The notes beneath the pieces were generated by a model. The model had not been told where the DNA came from, did no database searches, and worked only from the letters and a program-made list of their open reading frames with translations. A DNA stretch of 64,000 bases from Candidatus Cloacimonadota bacterium (GTDB lineage: Bacteria; Cloacimonadota; Cloacimonadia; Cloacimonadales; TCS61): NCBI GenBank assembly GCA_021734245.1, contig JAIPJH010000005.1:2606-66605 (forward strand), given 5' to 3'. Position 1 is the stretch's first letter. The number at the start of each line of letters is the position of its first letter. A program made the position numbers and the translations under genes. Below, one piece after another: positions 26,985-38,056 of the stretch.

Positions 26985-27490
26985 ATTTGAGAAGGTAATT
27001 ATTTTATAGCGTTCCGCAAATTTAATTTTATGATTATTGAAATGTGAAAAAAACTACTTGTACATTTTCGAAAAATTTCAGAAGTTTAACTAAAGAAAAA
27101 GAGCGAAAAATAACAGATGAAAAGGAAGGAGCTTTTTAGCACACACCTGATATTTTTCGCCTTTCTGCTCTTACTGATTTTCTGCTTAACATTATGCACC
27201 TCTCAAATTGTATTTCGTGGGACGTTAAGCTTTTCAAAATCAGCTGCAAGAACACACTATATTGGAAGAAGAATATCTGGCACTTGATATTAATTTCCTC
27301 TTCCTATTTGCTTTATTAGGATTGCAATTGCTGTGCCAGATAATATTTTCATTCAGAAAATATTTCATAATATTGTTATCTCAGCATTTTATAGGTAGTT
27401 AGCTAATTAAGGCTTTCTTGAACTGCGGAATCATTTCATCACTTTGAAAATTTTCTTACACAAGAATTGCACAAAACTTTGTTAAAACAA

Positions 27491-27519
27491 AAAGGGATTT
27501 CTCAATATGAAATCCCTTT
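27491..27519 (-). terminator. hairpin downstream of the P-loop gene
   Basis: Perfect 10-bp stem AAAGGGATTT/AAATCCCTTT with a 9-nt loop, followed on the minus strand by TTGTTTT. Confidence 0.5.
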
Positions 27520-27631
27520 AAATTATCGACAGATCTTTATTATTTCAGTAGAAGCATTTTATTGATCTCGTCACCATCAAAATTGAGTATTTGCATATTT
27601 ATACCACCTGGTTACTTGAGAAAAAAGTCAT

Positions 27632-28480
27632 CTAAGAATTCAAAATTGCTTCTATCTTATTCCAAATTACTTTCCAATCAAAATCGGGATCGAACACAAT
27701 TCCAGATTTTATCGGCAAATCCTGTAGAAGTTCCAATTCAATATTTTGTCGATGTTCAAAGTATTTTACTAAACCATCAAAATCAATTATTTGGTTCATT
27801 TTGCCGTACTTACTTTTGCCGATATATTCAATTACACGATCGATCCAATCTGGTTCGATTTCTGGTTTGGGAGATAATCTCTCAGCAGCAACTCTGCGAA
27901 TTGTTTCATTTACATCCTGCTGTTTCAGGTAGATCATCAAGGGATTTAAAGATTGAATAATATCAGCAAGTTCGGAAAGATAATTTCTAATGAAGCCATA
28001 ATCTTTGTTGTATACTAAAATCAATTCATTCACATGATTCTGCAGAAAGGAACATTCAAATATTACAATTTCATCATCTTTTGTATCATTAACAAATTTC
28101 TGCCAACGACAGAAATGCAAATATTTAAAAATTTGAAAACCTACTCTGCCGTCGTAAACTTCTTTGGATTCAAGGTATTTCATCAGATCATTCTGACCAA
28201 TCAGGAATCCCAGATTCAAATAAGCTACCAGAGCAAATTCACCTTCAATTATTGTATTTTTTTCTATTATTTCTTTCTGCTCGGAAAACTTATTTAGAAG
28301 TTCAATATATTCAGCAGTAGGAATGCAGGCAAGCCAGGCCAGATCGGCAGGATGAGCATCTCCTTCCCGATACATTTTTGCTTTTATATTTTTAGATATA
28401 AGATATTGTTCTATTTTCTTGGCAATTGTGCTTTTTCCTGAACCGGGAATTCCTTCGACAATTATGAGTTTATGTTTCAT
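27632..28480 (-). CDS. P-loop NTPase / nucleoside(-tide) kinase-like protein of unknown specificity
   Basis: Walker A at the N-terminus: MKHKLIIVEGIPGSGKSTIAKKI. I did not recognise the rest of the protein. Confidence 0.5.
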   Translation of the reverse strand: MKHKLIIVEGIPGSGKSTIAKKIEQYLISKNIKAKMYREGDAHPADLAWLACIPTAEYIELLNKFSEQKEIIEKNTIIEGEFALVAYLNLGFLIGQNDLMKYLESKEVYDGRVGFQIFKYLHFCRWQKFVNDTKDDEIVIFECSFLQNHVNELILVYNKDYGFIRNYLSELADIIQSLNPLMIYLKQQDVNETIRRVAAERLSPKPEIEPDWIDRVIEYIGKSKYGKMNQIIDFDGLVKYFEHRQNIELELLQDLPIKSGIVFDPDFDWKVIWNKIEAILNS

Positions 28481-28501
28481 TTTATTTAGACGATTACGCT
28501 C

Positions 28502-29323
28502 CTACATTCTCTCCCATAATCTCTGTGAATCGTGAGCATAAAATAAAATTCCGTTTCGATTTTTCAATTCGGTCAGGATTTTCTTTTTGGCAATGAAGGA
28601 ATCTTTGCGGCAAATTTCGAAAGCAGAATTTACAGCCAGATGTTTAAGCGATTGCATTGGAATTATATCTCCGGCATAATAAGCCAGTTCACCGTCACTT
28701 TCCATGCGCACAACCTGCATCCCTTCGCTGTGACCGCCGGTACGTTCAATTTTAACTCCCGGCAAAAGCTCGTAATCGCCTTCGATAACCTTGTATTTTC
28801 CACTTTCATTTAAAAGCTGTAGATCATCTTTAAAATTGTAGGAAGCTTTATTCAGTTCATCAGGATTTTGAGCTATTTCCCATTCTGCTTTTTGGAAAAC
28901 ATGAATCGCATTGGGAAATGTAAGTTCAGGTTTGCCAGCAAAATTTGTAACCACTCCGCCGGCATGATCAAAATGAAGATGGGTCAAAATTACGTAATCG
29001 ATTTCTTCGCGTTTCAAATCCAGTTTATGCAAGTTTTCTAGAAGATCAAAATCGGAAGCCTGGTAAATTTCCTTTTTCTTGGGGGAAAGTTTATTGCCAA
29101 TTCCTGTATCGATGAGAATGTTCTTTCCAGCGGTTTGGATAAGCAGAGAATTTAAAGCCAGTGGAATTCTATTTTTGTTATCACAAGGAAGTAATTTTTT
29201 CCACAAAGCTTTGGGCATCACACCCATTGCAGCTCCGCCGTCGCCCATCCAGCTACCTGCAGAAACCACATTACAAACATATTTTCCTATCTGCATTTTG
29301 AAGAAGATCAGATTCTTTGACAT
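28502..29323 (-). CDS. MBL-fold metallo-hydrolase
   Basis: THLHFDHAGG motif and a later GGHSEG. Confidence 0.85.
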   Translation of the reverse strand: MSKNLIFFKMQIGKYVCNVVSAGSWMGDGGAAMGVMPKALWKKLLPCDNKNRIPLALNSLLIQTAGKNILIDTGIGNKLSPKKKEIYQASDFDLLENLHKLDLKREEIDYVILTHLHFDHAGGVVTNFAGKPELTFPNAIHVFQKAEWEIAQNPDELNKASYNFKDDLQLLNESGKYKVIEGDYELLPGVKIERTGGHSEGMQVVRMESDGELAYYAGDIIPMQSLKHLAVNSAFEICRKDSFIAKKKILTELKNRNGILFYAHDSQRLWERM

Positions 29324-29332
29324 ATAGAATTC

Positions 29333-30040
29333 CTAATTACGATTAGCAGTTTTTTTTCTTCGATAAGGTCGATGATTATTGCGACGATTGTTTCGTTTTT
29401 TGGGAATATCATCACCACTTGCTGAAGACGGTAAAATTACCACTCTTTTAAATTCTCCATCACCAATCGTCATGGTGCGGAGTTCTTTATCTTTTTCCAC
29501 AAATTGATGAACCACGCGGCGATTTGCCGCATGCAGAGGTTCCATCGTGATGCTGCGTCCTCTATCTTTTACCTTGGAAATAATATCTCTAACTTTATCC
29601 AGAAGTGCCTGTTTTCTGCGTTCACGATAGCCATCAACATCAACTCGAAGTCTTAGCTTTTTCTTTTCCTGTTTGTTGATCATCTGGTTCAAAAGATGTT
29701 GAATACTGTCCAGCATTCTGGCTTCTTTACCGATCAAAAATCCCGGATCGTTACTTTTGATATCAACATAATATTTTCGATCTTTAAAAGTAACTTCCAA
29801 ACCTGAATAATCACCATTGATACCTTTTAAAATTCCTTCTGCATATTCTTTGATCTTTTCTGAAACGTCCGGCAGCAGGAATTTAATTTTTGTAGGTTTT
29901 GTTCCGATCAATCCAAACAGTCCTTTGGAACCTTCATCGATCACTTCAAATTTAAAATCGTCCAAGCTTACATTTTTTTCTTTCATGAATTCTGCAATAA
30001 CGGCAGAAGTTGATTTTCCTTCTTTAATGATACTTTGCAT
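29333..30040 (-). CDS. jag: Jag/KhpB RNA-binding protein (KH + R3H domains)
   Basis: Located directly after yidC. R3H-type MEPLHAANRRVVHQFV and a basic C-terminal tail. The ATG at 30040 was chosen (AAGGAAG upstream), which avoids a 44-nt overlap with yidC. Confidence 0.8.
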   Translation of the reverse strand: MQSIIKEGKSTSAVIAEFMKEKNVSLDDFKFEVIDEGSKGLFGLIGTKPTKIKFLLPDVSEKIKEYAEGILKGINGDYSGLEVTFKDRKYYVDIKSNDPGFLIGKEARMLDSIQHLLNQMINKQEKKKLRLRVDVDGYRERRKQALLDKVRDIISKVKDRGRSITMEPLHAANRRVVHQFVEKDKELRTMTIGDGEFKRVVILPSSASGDDIPKKRNNRRNNHRPYRRKKTANRN

Positions 30041-30050
30041 AATGTCTTCC

Positions 30051-31658
30051 TTAATTGAATTTTTTCTTGATAAAATATTGTTGAACAGATCCAATTACTG
30101 AGAAAACTGTCCAATATAAAACTAATCCTGAAGCCAGGCCTTTGAAGATGAAGAACATCATCACCGGCATAAAATACATCATCAATTTCTGGCTCTGCAT
30201 AGCAGCTTTTTGTTTTTCGTCCATTTCTTCCAGTTTTTGTTTGGAAGGCGCCATCAATTTCTGCTGAACAAACATGAAAACTGCCATCAAAATTGGTAAT
30301 GCCCAAACCGGATCTGGTTCAGAAAGATCGGGCAGCCACAGAAAACTGGCTTGTCGCAAAGCGATGGAATAACGTAAAATGGGATATAGAGCAAACAAAA
30401 TCGGCATTTGAATAAGAATCGGCAGACAGCCACCCATCGGATTTACACCGTGTTCTTTGTAGAGTTTCTTTAGTTCAGCATTCATGGTTTGCGGATCTTT
30501 TTTGTATTTTTTCTGAATTTCTTTCATCATCGGATTGATCTTCTGCATTTTGGTAGTAGATTCAAAACTTTTATGAGTAAGTGGATAGAGAATTATCTTC
30601 AGAACAATAGAAAAAATTATGATGCAAATTCCCCAGTTGGGAATTAAACTATATAAGAAAGAGATAAATCCTTTGAAAATTTTCCCAATCCATTGCAGCC
30701 ATTTTGGTCCCATTTCCACTACATTTTCAATGCCGTTTCCATAGGTAACCAAGTTTTTGTAAACCAGCGGTCCCAGGTATAAATGATAATTGTGCGAAAC
30801 CATGCTGCGATCGGTGTTTACATTCAAGTTCATTGCCGGGCTGTCACCAGCATTGAATGCTTCCAGCTTATCTGTATCGATCAGATCATCCGGAATTACA
30901 GCGATCGTAAAATATTTTGATTTTATCGCAGCCCAGTTCACATGACCATTTACCATTCTGTCTTCTTTCAATTTGGAAAGTGTAAATTTATTTAATTCAT
31001 TATTGATTTGACCAACGATTTTGTAATCTCTGCTTTTCATTTTCAAATAATTTTCGGTATCGGCAATTCCGCTGTCAAAAGCCAGTTGATAAGATTCCAT
31101 GGAACTTTCCGAATCGATCCTGATCTGCATTTTTACTTCATAATTATTTTCTATGCTGAAACTTTTCTGAATTTTTCCATACTGAGTTTCTGCAGCAAAT
31201 ATGATCTGGCGATCCCTGGTTTCATATTGAAATGGTATCGTACTCAAATTAATGGTATTACCTGATTCCAATTTCAATTCCATGCCCAGAATATCCTGAT
31301 CCAAAGGAATCAGATTTGCCGGTGTTTCTTTGTCGGCCATTTTGTATTCAACCAGTTCGATCGAGGTAATAACCGCTCCCAAATTGGAAAATGTCAAATT
31401 TAAAAGATTGTTTTGCAGAGTAATATTATTATCGATTGCCACGTCAGATTCTGTCAGTTCAATAGAATTTGAGTTTTCAGTATTTGGTTGGGAAGTAGTT
31501 TGCTGCAGGTCTCTATTTGATCGAGTTGTTGTTTGTTCTACATTTTCGACTGGTTGTTCATTTGGCTGTTGGGGAACATTACTTTTCCAGATAAATTCAC
31601 TGCTGATCCAGAATACGACCAGAATCAGTAAGAGGGCAAGAATGGTGCGTTTGTCCAT
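30051..31658 (-). CDS. yidC: membrane protein insertase YidC
   Basis: 535 aa with an N-terminal TM, a large periplasmic domain, and the conserved core KMQKINPMMKEIQKKYK...GVNPMGGCLPILIQMPILFALY. Confidence 0.95.
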   Translation of the reverse strand: MDKRTILALLLILVVFWISSEFIWKSNVPQQPNEQPVENVEQTTTRSNRDLQQTTSQPNTENSNSIELTESDVAIDNNITLQNNLLNLTFSNLGAVITSIELVEYKMADKETPANLIPLDQDILGMELKLESGNTINLSTIPFQYETRDRQIIFAAETQYGKIQKSFSIENNYEVKMQIRIDSESSMESYQLAFDSGIADTENYLKMKSRDYKIVGQINNELNKFTLSKLKEDRMVNGHVNWAAIKSKYFTIAVIPDDLIDTDKLEAFNAGDSPAMNLNVNTDRSMVSHNYHLYLGPLVYKNLVTYGNGIENVVEMGPKWLQWIGKIFKGFISFLYSLIPNWGICIIIFSIVLKIILYPLTHKSFESTTKMQKINPMMKEIQKKYKKDPQTMNAELKKLYKEHGVNPMGGCLPILIQMPILFALYPILRYSIALRQASFLWLPDLSEPDPVWALPILMAVFMFVQQKLMAPSKQKLEEMDEKQKAAMQSQKLMMYFMPVMMFFIFKGLASGLVLYWTVFSVIGSVQQYFIKKKFN

Positions 31659-31727
31659 AATTTCTCCTTAAGATTTTCGGTGAGTTCCGCTAAATTTATA
31701 AGAGCGGATAATAGACATCTTTTTCAT

Positions 31728-31946
31728 CTATGGCAGTGGGTCATCACCACCGGAATGAAACGGATGACATTTTAGAATTCTAACGACAGATAGCCACAAA
31801 GCTTTGAAAAAGGGATATTTCTGGAAAGCCTGATAAGAATATGAACTGCAGGTTGGAGTAAATCTGCAAGATGATGGCAGCATCGGCGAAATCAAGCGTC
31901 GATAGAAACCAATCAGCAGCAGCATAAATTTATTAAAAATTCTCAT
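31728..31946 (-). CDS. yidD: membrane protein insertion efficiency factor YidD
   Basis: [14 protein letters not shown] ... [13 protein letters not shown]. Confidence 0.95.
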   Translation of the reverse strand: MRIFNKFMLLLIGFYRRLISPMLPSSCRFTPTCSSYSYQAFQKYPFFKALWLSVVRILKCHPFHSGGDDPLP

Positions 31947-31951
31947 CGAAT

Positions 31952-32263
31952 TTATTGTATGAAATAATTATCCAGGTCTTTCTTTATTTCCTGCCAGCTG
32001 GCCAAACCAGCCTGGGGCTTTGCAATTATCACAATTTTCCTTTTCTTGGGAAGTTGAGAGCCAAGTTCGCGCAAATATGCTCTCACTCTTCTTTTCACTT
32101 TGTTGCGCTTGACCGCTTTTCCAACCCTTTTGCTAACAATGATGCCTGCTGAAAACGTATCTTCAGGTATTTCATGGATCAGAAAAGTAAAGAATTCTCC
32201 ATGTTTTTTGCTGTGCCTGGCATAAACTTCCTGATATTCTTTTTTTGAAGTGATGAAGTTCAT
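31952..32263 (-). CDS. rnpA: ribonuclease P protein component
   Basis: 103 aa, basic, [14 protein letters not shown] motif, located between rpmH and yidD. Confidence 0.9.
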   Translation of the reverse strand: MNFITSKKEYQEVYARHSKKHGEFFTFLIHEIPEDTFSAGIIVSKRVGKAVKRNKVKRRVRAYLRELGSQLPKKRKIVIIAKPQAGLASWQEIKKDLDNYFIQ

Positions 32264-32349
32264 CTATAAAACTACTGCTAATGCTATTTCAATTACTGAA
32301 TATATCAAGTGGCACAGTACAAATCACTTATAGATTTAATCTAAAATAA

Positions 32350-32490
32350 TTAATCACTAACAGTAAGACGAGTTCTTCCTTTCGCTCTACGACGCGCTAA
32401 AACTTTGCGGCCGGCTTTGGTAGCCATGCGAGAACGAAAACCGTGCTTATTTTTCCTCTTTCTGTTATGAGGTTGATAAGTCCTTTTCAT
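32350..32490 (-). CDS. rpmH: 50S ribosomal protein L34
   Basis: Not in the ORF track because it is under 60 aa. My translation is [46 protein letters not shown]. Confidence 0.95.
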   Translation of the reverse strand: MKRTYQPHNRKRKNKHGFRSRMATKAGRKVLARRRAKGRTRLTVSD

Positions 32491-32656
32491 CTAAATCTCC
32501 TTATTAAAATTATCTATTTCAATTTCATAACTTATTATTCTATTGCTTTTTACAAAGCTGGAACAAACTGAAATAGAGCTCTTGACTGTCAAGATTTATT
32601 TCTTCAAATACTTAACTACTCTATATTTAGCCATTATTACTTCAAAGAACAAAATT

Positions 32657-33985
<1,329 letters not shown>

Positions 33986-34123
33986 TTATATCGAGGTATT
34001 TTCTGTCAACTAAACATTTTCTCTTTAAATATGTTGTACCGTTTAACAACAAAAATTATAGTTTGACATTATTTTCCAAATATATTTGTTGTCGCCTTGT
34101 GGTACAAATACAGGAGGAAGTGG

Positions 34124-34939
34124 ATGCAAAAATTTGTTAACGATCTTGTGATGACGGGTCTTACAGAGAACGAAGCAAAAACATATTTGCTGCTATTGAA
34201 GCATAAACTTACAGCCACCAGGATTGCGCAGAACATTGGCGTGAACAGATCAAATATCTATGGCATTATTTCCAGTCTTATCGAAAAAGGATTTGTTCGA
34301 GAAATGAATGGAAAGGTCAGAACATTTGTGGCAAATAATCCAAAGATAGCCTTCAATTCCAATAAAACATTCCTGAAAATGCGTATAAAATTGATGGATA
34401 AACTTGCAGATGAATTATTTCCTTATTATGAAGTAGAAAAAGAAATCAAAGATAGCGAATTGATCAAGATATTGCATAGCAATTCATCGATAATGAACAC
34501 ACTCGAAAAACTGGAAGCAGAAGCAGAAAAAGAAGTATTGGCATTCAGCAAACCTCCTTATATTATGAAAGTAGATAATTTGGACAATTTGAACGTAGTA
34601 CAAAAGGCAAGTGCAAAAAAAGGAGTAAAATACAAAGCCGTTCATCAAATCGAATCTGAAAATCTGGAGAATTTTGTAAAACGCATGAAATATTTTGCCA
34701 GCATGGGAGAAGAAGTTCGCGTGGCAAAACAACTGCCAATGAAATTATTTATTTTCGATCAAAAAATCGCAGTTTTTACCTTGGAAAATAATATCAGCAA
34801 TATATCACATTTCACGTTCACATCTTTTGAGCACACGGATGTAGCAAAAACTTTTACGCAGATATTTAATCAATATTGGGAAAATTCTATCCCATTGAAT
34901 AAATTTATAAAACAAACAAAAAAGGAGTTGAAATCATGA
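34124..34939 (+). CDS. TrmB family transcriptional regulator
   Basis: N-terminal winged helix LTENEAKTYLLLLKH..LTATRIAQNIGVNRSNIYGIISSLIEKGFV. ATG preceded by AGGAGG. Confidence 0.75.
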   Translation: MQKFVNDLVMTGLTENEAKTYLLLLKHKLTATRIAQNIGVNRSNIYGIISSLIEKGFVREMNGKVRTFVANNPKIAFNSNKTFLKMRIKLMDKLADELFPYYEVEKEIKDSELIKILHSNSSIMNTLEKLEAEAEKEVLAFSKPPYIMKVDNLDNLNVVQKASAKKGVKYKAVHQIESENLENFVKRMKYFASMGEEVRVAKQLPMKLFIFDQKIAVFTLENNISNISHFTFTSFEHTDVAKTFTQIFNQYWENSIPLNKFIKQTKKELKS

Positions 34940-36948
34940 AAAAAATTGTAGTATTATTAATTTTAATGATCCCTGTTTTACTTTGTTCTACAGTTATTCC
35001 GGCTGGCGATGTGAGCGGAACCTGGGATGCAGCTGGAAGTCCGTATTATATCGATGGTGAGATCACAATTCAGTCGGGAGATGAATTGCAGATCGAACCT
35101 GGAGTAGATGTTATTTTTAACGCTCATTACAAATTCATTATTTATGGCAGGATCGCAGCCAATGGAACTGCAACAGATTCAATCAGTTTTACACCTTTAG
35201 ATCCATCTATCGGCTGGCACGGACTTAGATTTATTGATGGAAATCTGAGTTCTTTACCAGCTTCAGAAATCAGTTACTGTCAGTTCAAAAGAGGTTTTGC
35301 TCTGGGAGCAGATCCCGATTCCAACGGTGGAGCTATTTATTGTACAAATACTTCCAATCTTACTATCGATAATTGCTTCTTTGCGTTCAATTATTGTGAA
35401 TGGGACGGTGGTGCTGTTTTTCTGGGAGACGGCTCTGATGTAGCAATATCGAATTCCATGTTTTTGGAAAATGATTGTGGATTTTATGGTGCGGGAATCA
35501 TTTCCTACGCATCCGATCCCATAATTGACGGATGTACATTCAAATCAAATACTTCTTCGATTTTTGCTGCCGGATTCAGTGCCTGGGATAACTCAAACCC
35601 AGAGATTTACAACAGCTGGTTTATAGACAATTTTGCTGGAGCGTGTACTGGAATATATTGTGTAGATTCAAATGTAAAATTGGCAAACCTGATCATGTTC
35701 AATAACACAACTGATTTTGGTTCTGGAGCTGCTATTGGAATTACAAATTGCTCTACAGAAGCTTCAAATATTACAGCCGTAGATAATGAATCTCTTCTTT
35801 CCGGAGGAGCATTCTGGGTTAATGGTGGAAGCCTGGAGTTATATAATTCTATTTTGTGGAATAATTTACCAGAAGACATTTTCGTATTAAGCGGAACTGC
35901 TGATGTGTATAACAGTTGTGTAAGCGATGGTACAACAGGAACAGGTGTTATTGCCGATGATCCACAATTTGTTGATTTGAGCGGTTATGATCTTCATCTT
36001 TCCGAAACATCTCCCTGCATTGATAGTGGCGATGATACAATCGTTCCATTTGCTTTACCCATGTACGATCTGGATGGAAATGACAGAATAATTGATGGTG
36101 ATTTGAGCGGAACATTGGAAATCGATATGGGAGTCTATGAATTCGTTCCTGCCGGACCAACTACCGGATTTATTGCTGGGAATGTAACCGATGTCGATGG
36201 AAATCCTCTGGAAAATGCTGAAATAAATGCTGGAACTTATACTGCAAATACAGATGTAAATGGTGATTATTCAATAGAAGTTGAAGCTGGAGATTATACT
36301 GTGTCCTGCCATTTAGATGGTTATCAGGATCCTGCAAATGTAGACGTAACTGTAATAGCTGGTGAAACTGTTACTGTTGATTTTGTTATAGAACTGATAA
36401 TAACAACTGGATTCATCCAAGGAAATGTAACTGATATCAATGGAAACCCTCTGGAAAATGCTGAAATTAGTGCTGGAACTTATACTGCAAATACAGATGT
36501 AAATGGTAATTATTCAATAGAAGTTGAGGCTGGAGATTATACTGTTTCCTGCCATCTGGATGGTTATGATGATCCTGCAAATGTAGATGTAACTGTTATA
36601 GCTGGTGAAAATGTTACTGTTGATTTTGTATTAGAGCCAGAATCAGAAGCTGGAGATATTTTAAACATAACACATCTTACTCTTCTTGGAAATCATCCTA
36701 ATCCATTTAATCCGAGTACAGTAATTTCATTTGCAATTCCAAGCGAAGAAAAAGTTGATATAACAATATACAATTCGAAAGGACAAACTGTTCACAAATT
36801 AACTTCTACTACTTTCTCAGCAGGAATTCACCAGGTAGAATGGAATGGAAAAGATGATAATAAAAAGATCGTAACTTCAGGAATTTATTTTTATAGGATC
36901 CAAACTGAGAATGAATCATCAATTGGAAAAATGATCTTAATGAAATAA
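34936..36948 (+). CDS. secreted right-handed beta-helix protein with two CarboxypepD_reg-like repeats, T9SS cargo
   Basis: Signal peptide; PbH1-like repeats (GGAIYC.N.S...I.NC.F..N); an 81-aa tandem duplicate GNVTD.DGNPLENAEI.AG...TDVNG.YSIEVEAGDYTV; and a C-terminal NHPNPFNPSTVISF...SGIYFYRI. Confidence 0.8.
   Translation: MKKIVVLLILMIPVLLCSTVIPAGDVSGTWDAAGSPYYIDGEITIQSGDELQIEPGVDVIFNAHYKFIIYGRIAANGTATDSISFTPLDPSIGWHGLRFIDGNLSSLPASEISYCQFKRGFALGADPDSNGGAIYCTNTSNLTIDNCFFAFNYCEWDGGAVFLGDGSDVAISNSMFLENDCGFYGAGIISYASDPIIDGCTFKSNTSSIFAAGFSAWDNSNPEIYNSWFIDNFAGACTGIYCVDSNVKLANLIMFNNTTDFGSGAAIGITNCSTEASNITAVDNESLLSGGAFWVNGGSLELYNSILWNNLPEDIFVLSGTADVYNSCVSDGTTGTGVIADDPQFVDLSGYDLHLSETSPCIDSGDDTIVPFALPMYDLDGNDRIIDGDLSGTLEIDMGVYEFVPAGPTTGFIAGNVTDVDGNPLENAEINAGTYTANTDVNGDYSIEVEAGDYTVSCHLDGYQDPANVDVTVIAGETVTVDFVIELIITTGFIQGNVTDINGNPLENAEISAGTYTANTDVNGNYSIEVEAGDYTVSCHLDGYDDPANVDVTVIAGENVTVDFVLEPESEAGDILNITHLTLLGNHPNPFNPSTVISFAIPSEEKVDITIYNSKGQTVHKLTSTTFSAGIHQVEWNGKDDNKKIVTSGIYFYRIQTENESSIGKMILMK
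36160..36645 (+). repeat. 2 x 243-bp in-frame tandem duplication (roughly 90 percent identical by eye)
   Basis: Unit 1 is 36160-36402 and unit 2 is 36403-36645. Both encode CarboxypepD_reg-like modules. Confidence 0.9.
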
Positions 36949-36950
36949 TC

Positions 36951-37026
36951 AACTTGTAATTGACTGTTCGCTTTTAGCTGACTGTGAACAATATAGGCTC
37001 CTGAGTTTTTCTTAGGAGCCTTTTTG
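36951..37026 (+). repeat. conserved 3' element with intrinsic terminator, copy 1
   Basis: AACTTGTAATTGACTGTTCGCTTTTAGCTGACTGTGAACAATATAGGCTCCTGAGTTTTTCTTAGGAGCCTTTTT. It has 4 mismatches over about 75 nt versus 41037-41112. The terminator stem AGGCTCCTGAG/CTTAGGAGCCT lies at 36995-37021, followed by T5. Confidence 0.9.
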
Positions 37027-37096
37027 TGTTTGTGAAACGGTCATCATTAATTCTGAAAATGTGATTGAATTTTCTTGGTTGATACTTTACACTTCA

Positions 37097-38056
37097 TCAC
37101 TCCACTTCTTCAATATCATAAACAACTTCAATATTCTGCACACACTCAGTAAGTTCTCTGTTCAAATCCTCTTTTGTTAATGGTATTGTTCCATCTTTTA
37201 AAGGTTTCAATTTTTCACATAAATCCTTGGGAATATCTTGATTATTAATCTTCACTATCTTTTTTGGTAACTGTGGAAAAGTCAGCATTTGTAATTTCCC
37301 AAATTTATCAACTGAAATCTCAAACCTAATACTGTTAAAATGACCATCAGCCTGGAAATAGAAAACGAAAACTTCGTATAAACCTTTCTTAATTATATCA
37401 ATTTGATATTTAATAATTTCAGAGATATCCGTTTCTTCCAGTCTTCTGAATGAGATAACATCTAATTCAAATTCAGAAAGAAAACTGTAATCCATAGAGG
37501 AAAGTGATTTCTGAATCCTTTTGATACAATTCATTAAATTGTAATGCAATTTAGTTCCAGGGATTGGATCAAAACTTTTTACATCATTTTTCAGTTTGTA
37601 AAATAGTATTATTTCCTGTCTCAGTCGGTATATTTTTATCCTGAATGAATTTTCTTTTTGATTTAGATCTCTGGCTGCAAACTTTATACCTCTCTTGAAT
37701 GTATGTTTCAGTAATTTTCTATCTTTTTCACTGATTATTGACTTAGGAACTTCGGATAATATTTCTGCAAATTCCGATTTCTTAGGATTGTCATAGTTCA
37801 CTGCTTGATTGAGCATTATAGGATCCACATTTATATTACGCTTTTGCGATTTCAACAGATTAAGTGATTTATTTTTTGCCACAGTAAATATCCAGTTCGA
37901 TAAAGTATCTATGTTCAGCACCTGTTCATTTATAAAGCATTCGATGGCAGTTAACTGCGCTATTTCACGAGCACTGTCTTCATCTGATAAATAGTGTAAA
38001 GCAACCTGATAAGCTTTTCCGGTAATCACATCATAATCCAAAGCATGTTGAGTCAT
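37097..38056 (-). CDS. sigma-70 family (ECF-like) factor with an approximately 160-aa C-terminal extension of unknown function
   Basis: Region 2-like SAREIAQLTAIECFINE...NWIFTVAKNKSLNLLK. Region 4-like SEKDRKLLKHTF.RGIK...FRIKIYRLRQEI. I did not recognise the C-terminal half. Confidence 0.55.
   Translation of the reverse strand: MTQHALDYDVITGKAYQVALHYLSDEDSAREIAQLTAIECFINEQVLNIDTLSNWIFTVAKNKSLNLLKSQKRNINVDPIMLNQAVNYDNPKKSEFAEILSEVPKSIISEKDRKLLKHTFKRGIKFAARDLNQKENSFRIKIYRLRQEIILFYKLKNDVKSFDPIPGTKLHYNLMNCIKRIQKSLSSMDYSFLSEFELDVISFRRLEETDISEIIKYQIDIIKKGLYEVFVFYFQADGHFNSIRFEISVDKFGKLQMLTFPQLPKKIVKINNQDIPKDLCEKLKPLKDGTIPLTKEDLNRELTECVQNIEVVYDIEEVE

Noticed and set aside
32264-32656. Possible replication origin next to the rpmH-rnpA-yidD-yidC-jag cluster.
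   Set aside because: No dnaA or dnaN is adjacent; purA follows instead. I found no clustered TTATCCACA-type DnaA boxes in the flanking spacers.
36160-36645. A CRISPR-like regular repeat.
   Set aside because: The repeat is a 2 x 243-bp in-frame protein-domain duplication inside a CDS. No short repeat-spacer array exists anywhere in the window.
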